A stretch of DNA of 64,000 nucleotides from an uncultured Candidatus Saccharibacteria bacterium (GCA_964549935.1 CAZJVT010000002.1:121336-185335), one strand, 5' to 3'; positions 37,167-46,754 are shown, numbered from the stretch's first letter. Numbers and translations: made by a program. The notes: generated by a model not told the origin, from the letters alone.

Positions 37167-38810
37167 TTACGGTTTTTCGTTATCCGGCGGAACGGTGTAG
37201 TAGTTGAGCAGGAACTCGGCGAGGTCATGGAAGGCCGGAACAACGGTGGTGCCGGCGAGCGGTGCGTTTTCCGGTTCGTTTAATTTAATCAGCGCGATAA
37301 AGCGCGGCTTACTCGCGGGAGCAAAGCCGATGTAGGTATTGATAACCTTGTCGCTGTAGCCGCCGTGCACAAAGTCCGGAACAAAGGCGGTGCCTGTTTT
37401 ACCCGCGACGGTGTAGTTTGGAATCGCGGCAATCTTGGCTTTTGTAACCGCCGAGACCATCATCGCCGTCACCTGCTTCGCCGTCTCCGGCTTAATCACC
37501 TGCCAGGACTTTTTAGTATCCATTCCTTCGACAATATATGGCTCGTGAATCACGCCACCGTTAGCAATCGCCGAAAGCGCCGCGATTAAGCGAATCGGGG
37601 TAACCGCCACACCTTGTCCGTAGGAGGCCGTGGCGAAGTTGATGTCACGCGGATACTTTTCGAGCGGTGTCAGCCGACCACTCGCCTCGCCCGGCAAGCT
37701 GATGCCGGTTGGCTCTTTAAGAGCGAACTTAATTAAGTAGTTGTAAAACGTTTTGTGTCCGGTCTTTTTTTCTGCGAAGACCGTACCGGTGTTAATGGAC
37801 TGCTCGATGACGTTGGTCATCGTCAGCGTGCCGTGCGACAAAAGATCCCAGTTTTTGATCGTCTTGCCATCGGCGGTAAAGTAACCGGGGTCGTAAAACG
37901 TTGTCTCCGGAGTAATCGCACCGGTATCGATACCGATTGCCATCGTGAGCGGCTTAAACACCGAGCCCGGCTCGTAGAGCCCCTGTACCGCTGGGTTGAT
38001 GAAGTTTTCAAGCGGACTCTTACCGAAGTCGCTCGGGTCGAACGTCGGATAATTCGTCATCGCCAAAATTTTGCCGGTTGCGGGCTCCTCGACGATAATT
38101 GTGCCGCCTTTTGCGCGCTTTTCTTTAACCAAATTTTCGAGCAAATCCTCGGCGTGCTGCTGAATGTTTTGGTCAATCGTGAGCTGCACGGCCTTGCCCG
38201 GCTCCGGCGCGGTTACGACGCGTTCTTCGTCCAACTTACCCGGCACGCCCGCCAGACTGTCGTTTAAAAACTTTTCGATGCCGTACTGCCCCGCCGGCAA
38301 AGTGCTTTCATCCTTTTGGCTCACAAAGCCGACGACCTGCGCCGCCACTGTACCGAAAGGATACTTACGCCCGCGCTTAGTCGTTGCATACACGCCTTTG
38401 ATGTCGGCAGTTTCAATCGCCTTTACCTGTTCGTCGGTCGCCTTAATCACGAGTTCCTTATATAAGCTCCCCGAACCCGTCTTCGTAAGTTTGGCGATCG
38501 TCTCCTCCAGATCAAGATCAAGCAGCGTGGCGACCTGCGTCCCGGCTTCGGTCGCGTCATCAATTTCTTTTGGAACGACGAAAATAATGTTGTAGTCCTG
38601 GTTTACGGCGAGCGGAATCGAACGACCTTCTTTATCAATCATCGCTATTGTCCCTCGCTCGGCTACCAAGTTGGAATTCAAAAGTTGCTGCGCCTTTGCC
38701 CGCGCCGAGTAGGTATCGGCGTGCATAATTTGCAGCGTATACAAAGTACCTATTAGAAACAAAAAAGCACACGCAGTGCCGCCGATCAACAATCCAAAAC
38801 GTATCCGCAT
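37167..38810 (-). CDS. ftsI: Peptidoglycan D,D-transpeptidase FtsI (PBP2/3 family)
   Basis: SxxK motif PGSVFKP; N-terminal TM; located in the dcw cluster. Confidence 0.85.
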   Translation of the reverse strand: MRIRFGLLIGGTACAFLFLIGTLYTLQIMHADTYSARAKAQQLLNSNLVAERGTIAMIDKEGRSIPLAVNQDYNIIFVVPKEIDDATEAGTQVATLLDLDLEETIAKLTKTGSGSLYKELVIKATDEQVKAIETADIKGVYATTKRGRKYPFGTVAAQVVGFVSQKDESTLPAGQYGIEKFLNDSLAGVPGKLDEERVVTAPEPGKAVQLTIDQNIQQHAEDLLENLVKEKRAKGGTIIVEEPATGKILAMTNYPTFDPSDFGKSPLENFINPAVQGLYEPGSVFKPLTMAIGIDTGAITPETTFYDPGYFTADGKTIKNWDLLSHGTLTMTNVIEQSINTGTVFAEKKTGHKTFYNYLIKFALKEPTGISLPGEASGRLTPLEKYPRDINFATASYGQGVAVTPIRLIAALSAIANGGVIHEPYIVEGMDTKKSWQVIKPETAKQVTAMMVSAVTKAKIAAIPNYTVAGKTGTAFVPDFVHGGYSDKVINTYIGFAPASKPRFIALIKLNEPENAPLAGTTVVPAFHDLAEFLLNYYTVPPDNEKP

Positions 38811-38812
38811 GG

Positions 38813-39151
38813 TTACCGTTGTTCCAATAATGAAACTTTGGTCCCCTCGCGAACCGAGCCGTCGGCCAAAAAGGAGATGTAGTGCGGGTTGCTTTCTTTA
38901 ATATAACCAAGCCGCTCCGCCTGGGTAATAAGCGAGCGACTATCAATCATCGTGTACAAATCGTTTTTAAGCTTTGCGTTGGCGACATTCAGCTGGTCAA
39001 CCGTCTTAACGAGCTGATCACTGCCGCGGCGTGCGACGACCATCCGGTTGTAAAGGAAGATACTGGCTACGACGGAAACGACAATGACCCCGAGCAGGAT
39101 TTTAATCGCGCGCGAGGCGTAACGTTCCGGTTGTGCCTGTGAAATCGTCAT
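38813..39151 (-). CDS. ftsL: Cell division protein FtsL-like
   Basis: Small bitopic coiled-coil protein between rsmH and ftsI. Confidence 0.6.
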   Translation of the reverse strand: MTISQAQPERYASRAIKILLGVIVVSVVASIFLYNRMVVARRGSDQLVKTVDQLNVANAKLKNDLYTMIDSRSLITQAERLGYIKESNPHYISFLADGSVREGTKVSLLEQR

Positions 39152-40162
39152 TTATAAAAAAGTAATTGCCCGTAATTTTGCCGATCGGCTGCGAGGATTA
39201 CGTGCAAGCTCCTCGTCAGTCGCCATCATTGGCTTTTTGTTGATCAACTCTGCATCTCGCGATGCAGCGGTGGAGTTCGGTGTCTCCCCAGAATGGCCAA
39301 AGTTACTTTCGTAACCGGCACCCACCGAACGCCCACCGCTATTTCGCACGAATGCTTGAAAATGATGCTTAACAATCCTGTCCTCCAGTGAATGAAAACT
39401 GATAATCGCCACTCGACCACCTGGCGCCATAATGCTCGGTAACGATTCGAGCAATGACTCAAGTTGCTTAAACTCCTGGTTCACGTAAATGCGTAGCGCC
39501 TGAAACGTACGCGTCGCCGGATGCAGCCGCCCGCCTTCGTAGTGCGCCGGTACAGCCGCCTTGATTGCTTCGACAAGCTTCCCCGTCGTCGCAATGCCCT
39601 CCTTCTTTGCGTACTGCACGATGCTTTTTGCAATCGCATCGGCGTAGCGCTCCTCACCATACTCCCGAATCACCGCCGCTAAGTCAGCCACGGAAAGTCC
39701 GGCTAACACTTCTGCCAGCGATGGAGTCTCGTCGTCATACGTCATCAGGAGTGGCTCGTCTACATTAAACGAGAACCCGCGACCGGATAACGTCCCGCCG
39801 ACAATCTGCTCGGAGGAAAAGCCAAGGTCGAGCAAAAGCCCATCAAGCTTCGCAATGCCAAATTGCTGCATCAGCTTTGGAATCTGCGCATAGCTCCCCG
39901 CCTCGACGAGCACTCGCGTGCTGGCATCATGCGGCAATGTTTTTGCAGTCGCCTCGACTGCCCGTTTATCACGATCAACAGCGAGCAACACTCCCCCGGG
40001 CGTGACGCGCGCAAGCATCTCTCTCGCGTGTCCACCGGCGCCAAGCGTTCCGTCTGCAAATCGTTCTCCGGGCTTCGGAGCAAGGACCTCTAACACCTCA
40101 TGTAAAAGAACTGGAATGTGGGCCATTTGTTTTTTGCTGACGGCCCACGACTTACGACTCAA
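39152..40162 (-). CDS. rsmH: 16S rRNA m4C1402 methyltransferase RsmH
   Basis: IPVLLHEVLEVL...DGTLGAGGHA. Confidence 0.9.
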   Translation of the reverse strand: MSRKSWAVSKKQMAHIPVLLHEVLEVLAPKPGERFADGTLGAGGHAREMLARVTPGGVLLAVDRDKRAVEATAKTLPHDASTRVLVEAGSYAQIPKLMQQFGIAKLDGLLLDLGFSSEQIVGGTLSGRGFSFNVDEPLLMTYDDETPSLAEVLAGLSVADLAAVIREYGEERYADAIAKSIVQYAKKEGIATTGKLVEAIKAAVPAHYEGGRLHPATRTFQALRIYVNQEFKQLESLLESLPSIMAPGGRVAIISFHSLEDRIVKHHFQAFVRNSGGRSVGAGYESNFGHSGETPNSTAASRDAELINKKPMMATDEELARNPRSRSAKLRAITFL

Positions 40163-40200
40163 GCCTCACACTCAAGTCGTCAGTCGCGGGTCGCCCGCTG

Positions 40201-40632
40201 TTAAATGCCTAGTTCACCTAATCGTTCGGCGATCTCATCGCCGGCTGCCTCAGTCTTTGTTTTGTATTCGTTCCAAGCGGTCTCGTTCCAAATTTCAATG
40301 CGGTCATACACGCCGGCGATAACAGTCTGCTTACCAAGCTTCGCGTACTCGCGCAGATAATCCGGAACCAGCGCGCGACCCTGCGAATCAAGTTCAACCT
40401 CAACAGCACCGGCGAGCATCAAACGTTGAAACGCACGAGCGTTGGCGTTAGTCATCGGCAGGGCCTTAATCTTTCCGGCAATCTCAACCCAAGCATTTGC
40501 AGTGAATACATAGAGACAGTGATCGAGTCCGCGCGTGATGACCGCGGCGTGACTTAGATCAGACCGAAACTTCACCGGAATGGCGAGGCGGCCTTTGTCG
40601 TCTATTGAGTGTTTGTATTCGCCGATAAACAT
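40201..40632 (-). CDS. mraZ: Transcriptional regulator MraZ
   Basis: MFIGEYKHSIDDKGRLAIPVKFR; two MraZ repeats. Confidence 0.9.
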   Translation of the reverse strand: MFIGEYKHSIDDKGRLAIPVKFRSDLSHAAVITRGLDHCLYVFTANAWVEIAGKIKALPMTNANARAFQRLMLAGAVEVELDSQGRALVPDYLREYAKLGKQTVIAGVYDRIEIWNETAWNEYKTKTEAAGDEIAERLGELGI

Positions 40633-40641
40633 GGGTTCAAT

Positions 40642-40670
40642 AATTTACAATTGGCAGATAATTTACAATT
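40642..40670 (-). promoter_or_regulatory. Direct repeats AATTTACAATT x2 (18-nt period) just upstream of mraZ; candidate MraZ operator
   Basis: aatttacaattggcagataatttacaatt. Confidence 0.4.
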
Positions 40671-41024
40671 TTCAATAACGGAAAAACTTGCAGATTCTTC
40701 TCGAGCCCAACCTGGAACTTTGAGCTTATCTGTCTCGGGCAATTCTCGCAGCGGCTTGGCCGCGAGAGCATAGGATGCGGCGCCACCAGGCAACGACATG
40801 CGGTGCCCGAACAGCATAAGCGAGAAGTTATCCCCTGAATCGAGGCTTATCCCCACCTTTCTCCACAGTTCCCCACTTACCTACCGAGTATGCCACACTC
40901 TCCCACCTCGTCAAACCCAGACTGTGCATATGTTGTGCACAAGCTGTGCAGTTACACACAGGCTTGAGCTCAAATAGCAGCAAATACTGATATACTTAAA
41001 AGCAATACAAAAAAACTAAAAATT

Positions 41025-42716
41025 ATGGATCACCACAAAAAAGGTATTCATCACATGGAGATGCACAGCGCATTTGCCTGGCTGATGATCGGTATCGTAA
41101 CCGGAATGGCGATGACGGTTTTATACGTCGCTAATATTTCAGTCAGCTCGCTCCAGACCGTAGAGGCGGCCGGGAATAAAATTGTCGTTACCGGACCAGT
41201 CGCGGCCGGCTCCCGACTCCTAAGCACCTGGCTCTACGAGAGCGGAGGCGTCATTTCCGACGACCTACAAAGAGGCAAAATAATCAGCACCGCGGGCACA
41301 TACACCTTGCCGACGCCGAGCATGACGACAAACGGCCAATACTTTGGTGTTGCCGGCGACGATCTACCATCCGGTAAAGCATCGGGCGCTCTCCTTTTGA
41401 GCACGCCGGCCGGAGCTCCGGGCTTTCTCTACTTAAGCAAAGGATCCACGATTGATACTAATGGTGCTTATCTCAATCTGAACAAGGCATACACGCACAC
41501 CTTCACCGCTTACTATGTTAAGAAAAACGGCACTAAGGTTCCTGTCGCCTTCGCCGGCAGCTTCCTTCCTATCACCGATATCGAAAACATTCCTACCTCC
41601 TGGGGTTCTTACAACCGCGCCCGAACGACTGATGGGAAGAACTCAATCCAGGTTCCGGGTGGCATTCCTTACTACGTAAGCCCACAGCTTGGCATTCACT
41701 TCACAAACGTTCCTGAATCGGGTGACCAGGAGGCAAACCGTAAGTTCAATATATATCGGGCGCTCACCTTCCCTTCGCAGCCGCACAACGGCACCTGGGA
41801 ACTCAATATCCGCCAAAAAGTCTACGGTCACCCGGAGAGCGGTTACACCCTCATCAGCAAGACGTTTATCCCTGACCCGAATCGCTCACCAAAGCTTGAC
41901 CCTCTCTCTGACCAAAGTGTGATTGGCGGGCAAGCGCTCACCTTCACAGTAAAAGCAACCGACGCCGATGACGATGCAGTTGTCTACATTCCCTCAAACT
42001 TCCCGTCGGGCGCTCGCCTTGCAGGAGTTTCCGGTGTGTTTACCTGGACTCCGCCAACGACCTCCGTCGCCTACGACAAGACAATTACTGTCCGCGTCTT
42101 CGATAACCGTGGCGGTAGTGACAGCAAAGATATCAAGATAACTGTTTTGCCTACGCCGATTGCACCTCCGGTAGACACCGGCTCATCAACGAACACTCCT
42201 CCGGTCAGCGGTCCGGCGACGGAGAGCAGCGATATAACCTTCTCAACCGGCAGCGCGTATTCGGGTGTTTCAAACCATGCCCGCCGACCGAATGACGACG
42301 TTATGTTCACGATAAATACAAAGCCGAATGCCTCGCCGGTAGTTAAAAAAATTGTGATCACTTTGTCAGGATCAGCAATCGCAACTGGTACGCAGCCGTT
42401 TACGGTTCAGCTCATTAATGGGGGCGACGGCCAGCCTTTTGGCTTTGATTACGCCGAACACATCTGCTCTCCGGTTAACAGCAGCTGCCAAGTAACCTTC
42501 AACCCAACCTACACGCTTTCGGCGGGAGTACAGACACCACTGAAATTACGTCTTAATTCGACGAATTTTGCAAACTCGGCTTCGACGAACGACGTTCTCG
42601 TTGCTTCGATCCAAAATGCGGACGACGTAATGTGGGCAGAGCGCGTCAGTGGGCAGATGCACACAATTGAGACTTCGACAGTACCATTCAATATCATCGG
42701 GATCAGCTACGAATAG
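41025..42716 (+). CDS. Secreted or surface protein with a putative Ig (He_PIG/cadherin-like) domain
   Basis: N-terminal signal/TM segment; DPLSDQSVIGGQALTFTVKATDADDDAVVYIPSNFPSGARLAGVSGVFTWTPP. Confidence 0.6.
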   Translation: MDHHKKGIHHMEMHSAFAWLMIGIVTGMAMTVLYVANISVSSLQTVEAAGNKIVVTGPVAAGSRLLSTWLYESGGVISDDLQRGKIISTAGTYTLPTPSMTTNGQYFGVAGDDLPSGKASGALLLSTPAGAPGFLYLSKGSTIDTNGAYLNLNKAYTHTFTAYYVKKNGTKVPVAFAGSFLPITDIENIPTSWGSYNRARTTDGKNSIQVPGGIPYYVSPQLGIHFTNVPESGDQEANRKFNIYRALTFPSQPHNGTWELNIRQKVYGHPESGYTLISKTFIPDPNRSPKLDPLSDQSVIGGQALTFTVKATDADDDAVVYIPSNFPSGARLAGVSGVFTWTPPTTSVAYDKTITVRVFDNRGGSDSKDIKITVLPTPIAPPVDTGSSTNTPPVSGPATESSDITFSTGSAYSGVSNHARRPNDDVMFTINTKPNASPVVKKIVITLSGSAIATGTQPFTVQLINGGDGQPFGFDYAEHICSPVNSSCQVTFNPTYTLSAGVQTPLKLRLNSTNFANSASTNDVLVASIQNADDVMWAERVSGQMHTIETSTVPFNIIGISYE

Positions 42717-42717
42717 T

Positions 42718-42763
42718 TTAAGTAAACTAAAAAGCCCCGTGCGGGGCTTTTTAGTTTACTTAA
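42718..42763. terminator. Perfect 46-nt palindromic bidirectional terminator between convergent genes
   Basis: ttaagtaaactaaaaagcccc-gtgc-ggggctttttagtttacttaa. Confidence 0.7.
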
Positions 42764-43007
42764 ATAACTTGTGATACCATCTAACAAAAACTTCTTTGAT
42801 AAAAGTTTCGAACGAGCTGGAGCGACTGTTTTTATTTTTCACGCCCTTACGCAGCTTCGCGTAATCTTGTGGCAGCTGGTTTACCTCCCCCGTCGCCCAG
42901 CCAAGAATCTTTTTAAGTCCCAAGAGTGTAAATACAAAAATAGCAATGTAATACAAAACTGTGAGCGCGACAATGCCGAAAAGAATCCAAAGAATTAAAG
43001 ATAACAT
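42756..43007 (-). CDS. Small hypothetical membrane protein (83 aa)
   Basis: MLSLILWILFGIVALTVLYYIAIFVF... The track ORF extends to 43256 through a hairpin-rich high-GC region that is probably non-coding. Confidence 0.4.
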   Translation of the reverse strand: MLSLILWILFGIVALTVLYYIAIFVFTLLGLKKILGWATGEVNQLPQDYAKLRKGVKNKNSRSSSFETFIKEVFVRWYHKLFK

Positions 43008-43372
43008 CAAATTACAAATTTTAAATTGTAAACAACTTCGTAACAATACCATAGTTAGAAGCGTTACAAGAAGTAAGTGGGAGAAAGTTCTCGCCTCTTG
43101 ACACGGATGCCAAGACTTACCTATTCTTGCCCCGCGTTGCTCAGCCGTTTGCCTCTGATGCACGACGCGGGCAGTGAGACAGAAGCTCGGCTTCGGCTCA
43201 CTGCCCGCAACACAGCAGCAGACCAAACGCCTGGCAACCCCTTGGGCTCTGGTCAATTTTCACCATCTCTGTGTCGGAATGTCCTCGAAGTGTAGCTACG
43301 CACACTCCTTGCGGCATTCCTTCGTGAGCTGATGAAAATTGACCTAGAGCGCGGGGTAAAAATAGGTATGTC

Positions 43373-43401
43373 TTGACATCTTGCTTATAGCGTGCTATAA
43401 T
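43373..43401 (+). promoter_or_regulatory. Perfect consensus promoter TTGACA-17-TATAAT
   Basis: TTGACAtcttgcttatagcgtgcTATAAT, followed by a roughly 200-nt structured leader. Confidence 0.6.
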
Positions 43402-43601
43402 GACCTTGTCAGCTAATAAACGACTGCTCTTTGAAATACGGGCCACCGAACAGGTGCAGCCCGTTTTTTGTTACCCGCGTCTCTCCTGCCTTGCCTCGCC
43501 GAAGCTTCAGCGAAGGCGGGCGCCCAATACCAAGCCGGGCGTTCGCCTTCGTGGCTACTTCGGCGGAACAAGGCAGGAGGGAGTTCATCTCACAATATGA
43601 G

Positions 43602-43811
43602 ATGGATCGCGGTCGTCACGCGATTTTCAACCCACTCACCCTGTACACCCGTACTATGTCTAGAGCAATCGGGTTTGCGATCGCGCTTGTTACGATCGCG
43701 GTCTTCTTACCGGATGTCTTCCATTCGGTAGAAGCTCTTCTCCTGAAGAGTCTTGTTCTCGCCAATGCGAGTCTCGACTCGCTCGCTTCCGTCGGACACC
43801 TTGTCCGATAG
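43602..43811 (+). CDS. Small high-GC membrane protein (69 aa), putative
   Basis: GGAGGGA ribosome-binding site; MDRGRHAIFNPLTLYTRTMSRAIGFAIALVTIAVFLPDVF... An alternative ATG exists at 43597 in another frame. Confidence 0.35.
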   Translation: MDRGRHAIFNPLTLYTRTMSRAIGFAIALVTIAVFLPDVFHSVEALLLKSLVLANASLDSLASVGHLVR

Positions 43812-43863
43812 AGCTTGAGCACCATCGCCACCTTCAACAGGTGGCGGTGCTCGTTCGCCCTTG

Positions 43864-43959
43864 CTACATCCTTAAGCGCCGCATCAGGCGCTTTTATAAT
43901 TAAGTAGCAAGGAGCGCACCCGACGATTGCGCAATCGCAATCGGAAAGGGTGTTTCCAT
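43864..43959. repeat. Cassette-end repeat modules U3 and U2
   Basis: ctacatccttaagcgccgcatcaggcgctttt...gagcgcacccgacgattgcgcaatcgcaatcggaaagggtgtttcc. Confidence 0.6.
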
Positions 43960-43961
43960 GA

Positions 43962-44618
43962 CTAGCTTTTCCAATTTTCTTCTCTATCTGGATCACCGGC
44001 TAAAACTGCCGCGCAAATACGCTCAGCTCCCGAATTCTGTAATAATTCAGCGCATCTACGGAGACTTGCTCCAGAGCTCACAACATCATCAACCAGCATG
44101 ATGCATTTTGGAACAGGCTGCTTGTTCTTAAGCTGATACATAGCACCAGCCATCGCATCACGGTCCTTCCAGTTGTGGCGTTTTATAGGCAATTCTTTTC
44201 TGCGCGATAATAATTTATTATTTACAGAACAAGAGTAAGGCGTTTGCTCATTAATCACTTTAGCCAACGAAGACGCGAGAACTTCAATTGATCCGAAGCG
44301 GCTTGGTATCGGAACAAGCACAACCTGCCCGCCGATGCTTCTTATCCATTTTAAGATTTTGGGAATAAGGATTGGCCAACCCACCCGGGCAAGCTCTTTG
44401 GCGACATCAAGCTTTCCAGCTCGCGCCTCTTTTTTCATTCGATTCTTGAGATATGAAAAATAACCGCCACTCTCAAAAAGCCAGCCTGCAAAAACCATCT
44501 CGATTTCAGAGCCTTTCAGCAAAGAAAGATAACGAGCGTGCGCCCTCGTGCTCGAAAAAGGCTTAACAATTTCTGGCCGCAGGTCGACTTTAAAGTTGTT
44601 TGCCGCAGAATTTCTCAT
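43962..44618 (-). CDS. comFC: ComF-family phosphoribosyltransferase-domain protein (competence protein ComFC-like)
   Basis: C-terminal PRTase motif IMLVDDVVSSGASL. Confidence 0.7.
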   Translation of the reverse strand: MRNSAANNFKVDLRPEIVKPFSSTRAHARYLSLLKGSEIEMVFAGWLFESGGYFSYLKNRMKKEARAGKLDVAKELARVGWPILIPKILKWIRSIGGQVVLVPIPSRFGSIEVLASSLAKVINEQTPYSCSVNNKLLSRRKELPIKRHNWKDRDAMAGAMYQLKNKQPVPKCIMLVDDVVSSGASLRRCAELLQNSGAERICAAVLAGDPDREENWKS

Positions 44619-44628
44619 GTCCTTAGTG

Positions 44629-44700
44629 TGCGTCTTGCTGGGATCGGACCAGCGGCCTTCTCAATGTGAATGAGACGCTCTACCACTGAGCTAAAGACGC
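44629..44700 (-). tRNA. tRNA-Val (anticodon CAC); CCA not encoded
   Basis: Reverse complement reads gcgtctt-ta-gctcagtggtagagc-g-tctca-ttCACat-tgaga...gctgg-tccgatc-ccagc-aagacgc-a. Confidence 0.75.
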
Positions 44701-44740
44701 GTAGCAGTATTATCCTCAAACTTCGCTCTCCCGTCAAACC

Positions 44741-44766
44741 AAAACCCCGCCTTTCGGCGGGGTTTT
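44741..44766 (-). terminator. Intrinsic terminator after rplL
   Basis: aaaaccccgcc-tttc-ggcggggtttt. Confidence 0.6.
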
Positions 44767-44779
44767 GGGATTCGTTCGG

Positions 44780-44813
44780 CGTTACACGTTATACGTTTCA
44801 CGCTTCACGATTC
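44780..44813. repeat. 7-nt-periodic ACGT-type array abutting the rplL stop
   Basis: gttacacgttatacgtttcacgcttcacgattcc. Confidence 0.55.
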
Positions 44814-45185
44814 CTATTTCAATTCGACAGTCGCACCGGCTGCTTCGAGCTTTTTCTTGAGCTCTTCAGCGTCAGCCTTTGAGAGGCCCTTCTTGACCTC
44901 CTTCGGAGCACCATCAACGATATCCTTAGCCTCCTTCAAGCCAAGACCAGTCGCCTCACGGATAACCTTGATGACCTGGATCTTTTGCTCGCCGCCTGAC
45001 TTAATAACAACATCCCAAGCGGTCTTCTCCTCCGCAGCCTCACCGCCAGCTGCACCACCCGCGGCCGGACCAGCAGCCATAGCCGCTGAAACGCCAAACT
45101 TTACCTCCATCGCCTTCACGAGCTCGCTGAGTTCAGCTACGGTGAGCTTCTCAACGGCGCTGATGATTGTGTCAAAATCTGCCAT
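44814..45185 (-). CDS. rplL: 50S ribosomal protein L7/L12
   Basis: Typical Ala-rich linker and C-terminal domain ending ...[10 protein letters not shown]. Confidence 0.9.
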   Translation of the reverse strand: MADFDTIISAVEKLTVAELSELVKAMEVKFGVSAAMAAGPAAGGAAGGEAAEEKTAWDVVIKSGGEQKIQVIKVIREATGLGLKEAKDIVDGAPKEVKKGLSKADAEELKKKLEAAGATVELK

Positions 45186-45227
45186 ATAGATAATTAATTT
45201 TCGATTTATAATTTACAATACTGACGA

Positions 45228-45746
45228 CTACGCTGCCGGCTGAGACTCCTTCTTCTTCGCAACCTCCTGCAAAGCGATCATGAACTTGCGAATCGGACCG
45301 GCCATCGTACCGACAACCTGACCAAGCAACACTTCGCGAGTCGGGAGTTTAGCAATGATGTTAAACTCGGCTGGCGAAACTGCTGCGTTACGATCGCGGT
45401 CGTAGGCACCAAGAACCTTGAAATCAACCTTCATTTTCGCAAGATCCTTGCTGAACTTAAAGATTGACGCGGCAACTGAAGTCAAATCACCAGGGCTAAA
45501 GACCGTGGCGGCCTGACTCTTACCCTCCAAAGCTTCGGTCGGGATTCCCGCTTCCTTGAGTGCAATTTTGAGCAAACGCTTTTTGAAAACTTTGAACGTT
45601 GCGCCGGATTTCTTGAGCTCGTTCTTGAGCTTGTTGATTTCTTTAGTTGGCGCCGCGGTAAAATCGGCAAAAATGAGTGCCTTACTGCCACTAACGAGCT
45701 TAGCGCTCGCTGCGACGTGCTCCTGCTTTTGTTTTTTTGTAAGCAT
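45228..45746 (-). CDS. rplJ: 50S ribosomal protein L10
   Basis: Start placed at MLTKKQKQ. Upstream of rplL, with a leader region at 45750-45950. Confidence 0.85.
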   Translation of the reverse strand: MLTKKQKQEHVAASAKLVSGSKALIFADFTAAPTKEINKLKNELKKSGATFKVFKKRLLKIALKEAGIPTEALEGKSQAATVFSPGDLTSVAASIFKFSKDLAKMKVDFKVLGAYDRDRNAAVSPAEFNIIAKLPTREVLLGQVVGTMAGPIRKFMIALQEVAKKKESQPAA

Positions 45747-45970
45747 GAAATTTATTCTATAAATTTCACCCCATGAGATACCGTACTCGGTCATCTCTTA
45801 GGGGTAACTATTGTTCGACCCGGGTTTTTAATAAAAAACGACCCGTATGGGCCGTAGAAAAACACAGAAAACGCAACTTTCGTTGCGACTCCTCGGCAGG
45901 ACTTACGTGTTCGCCTGCTTTCTACGGATGTGGATATAGTACATGAAAACCGCTAAGCCGTCAAACAACC

Positions 45971-46131
45971 GCGCCCTCCAGAGGCGGGCAAGCCTGACGC
46001 GGGGCTTTAGGGATGCAAGACCGTTGAAACACCCTTACCGATTGCGAATACGCAACCGTCGGGTGTGCCCTTACTGCTTAATTATATAAGCCCCTGACGC
46101 GGGGCTTTAGGGATGCAGTAAGGGCAAAACA
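45971..46131. repeat. Composite repeat: U1, U2 (reversed), U1, then a terminator hairpin
   Basis: cgccctccagaggcgggcaagcctgacgcggggctttagggatgcaag...(U2 reversed)...aagcccctgacgcggggctttagggatgcagtaagggcaaaacacg. Confidence 0.6.
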
Positions 46132-46368
46132 CGAAAGGGGCCGAGAGACTGCCACTTTCGTGGTACCTCGAGGCCCCTTCATTGCTTGCCCGGCTCCGCG
46201 CGGGTGTTGTCCCCGCGCGGAGGCCGATATTGTCGCGACGCTAGCAGCGTCGCGGCGGACGGTGGCCGCTCGGCCGCATGTTGGCCGGCGGCTTGCCACG
46301 AGGGTGCTGTGCGCCCCCGTGCTGGTGACCACGCCTGACTGCCGCCACCTTGAAGACCTTGTTGGCCC

Positions 46369-46590
46369 TCACGGCTGCATCCCCATGTAGGGGGCGCGAC
46401 CGACGATCTTGCTCTGGTTCGTCGGCGGCGGGAGTTTCCCGTTCGGCGAGATGAAGCTCTGAGCTCCCTTGTGCCACGCCCCGCCGTGGGGTCGGAGGTC
46501 CGACACCGGCGTCTCATCGAGCACTTGATGGGCCTGTGCCGCCTCGGAACGCCTTGCCCGCGACGATCGCGGACGTCCTTTACTGCTCAT
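46369..46590 (-). CDS. Hypothetical small protein; high-GC cassette gene
   Basis: GGGAGG ribosome-binding site 8 nt before the ATG. Promoter-like TTGATT-16-TATAGT at 46724-46751. Structured leader. The reading frame is uncertain in a very GC-rich region. Confidence 0.35.
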   Translation of the reverse strand: MSSKGRPRSSRARRSEAAQAHQVLDETPVSDLRPHGGAWHKGAQSFISPNGKLPPPTNQSKIVGRAPYMGMQP

Positions 46591-46754
46591 CCGGCGCCTC
46601 CCTGATCGAATCCCTTCCTCGCCATCGACCCCCCAAGGTCGGAGCGGGAGTTTTATCCTCGCCTAAAAGACAAAACTCCAGCTCCGATTCCTAGTGGAAT
46701 GAGTGCGAAAGAAGATTACAGAAACTATACACCTGACGCAATAAAAATCAATTA

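Noticed and set aside
42756-43256. Extended 166-aa version of the small membrane ORF
   Set aside because: The N-terminal 83 codons run through a GC-rich hairpin region with an Arg/Cys-rich translation. An abrupt composition change at MLSLIL supports the shorter gene.
43080-43350. Structured region considered as RNase P RNA, tmRNA, SRP or 6S RNA
   Set aside because: None of the conserved sequence boxes were seen: the RNase P P4 box, the tmRNA tRNA-like end, or the SRP domain IV GGAAGCAGCC. It is kept only as an unclassified structured element.
43616-43996. ORF 43616..43996(-), 126 aa
   Set aside because: Its N-terminus is the translation of the U3/U2 dispersed repeat, and it lies antisense to a promoter-driven plus-strand ORF.
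46078-46590. Two ORFs, 46369..46590 and 46078..46332, in the same frame separated by a single in-frame TGA; considered stop-codon recoding or selenocysteine
   Set aside because: TGA is used as a genuine stop in housekeeping genes here (nusB, the 52-aa ribbon gene). No SECIS-like context was seen. The downstream ORF's C-terminus is merely the translation of the U1 repeat.
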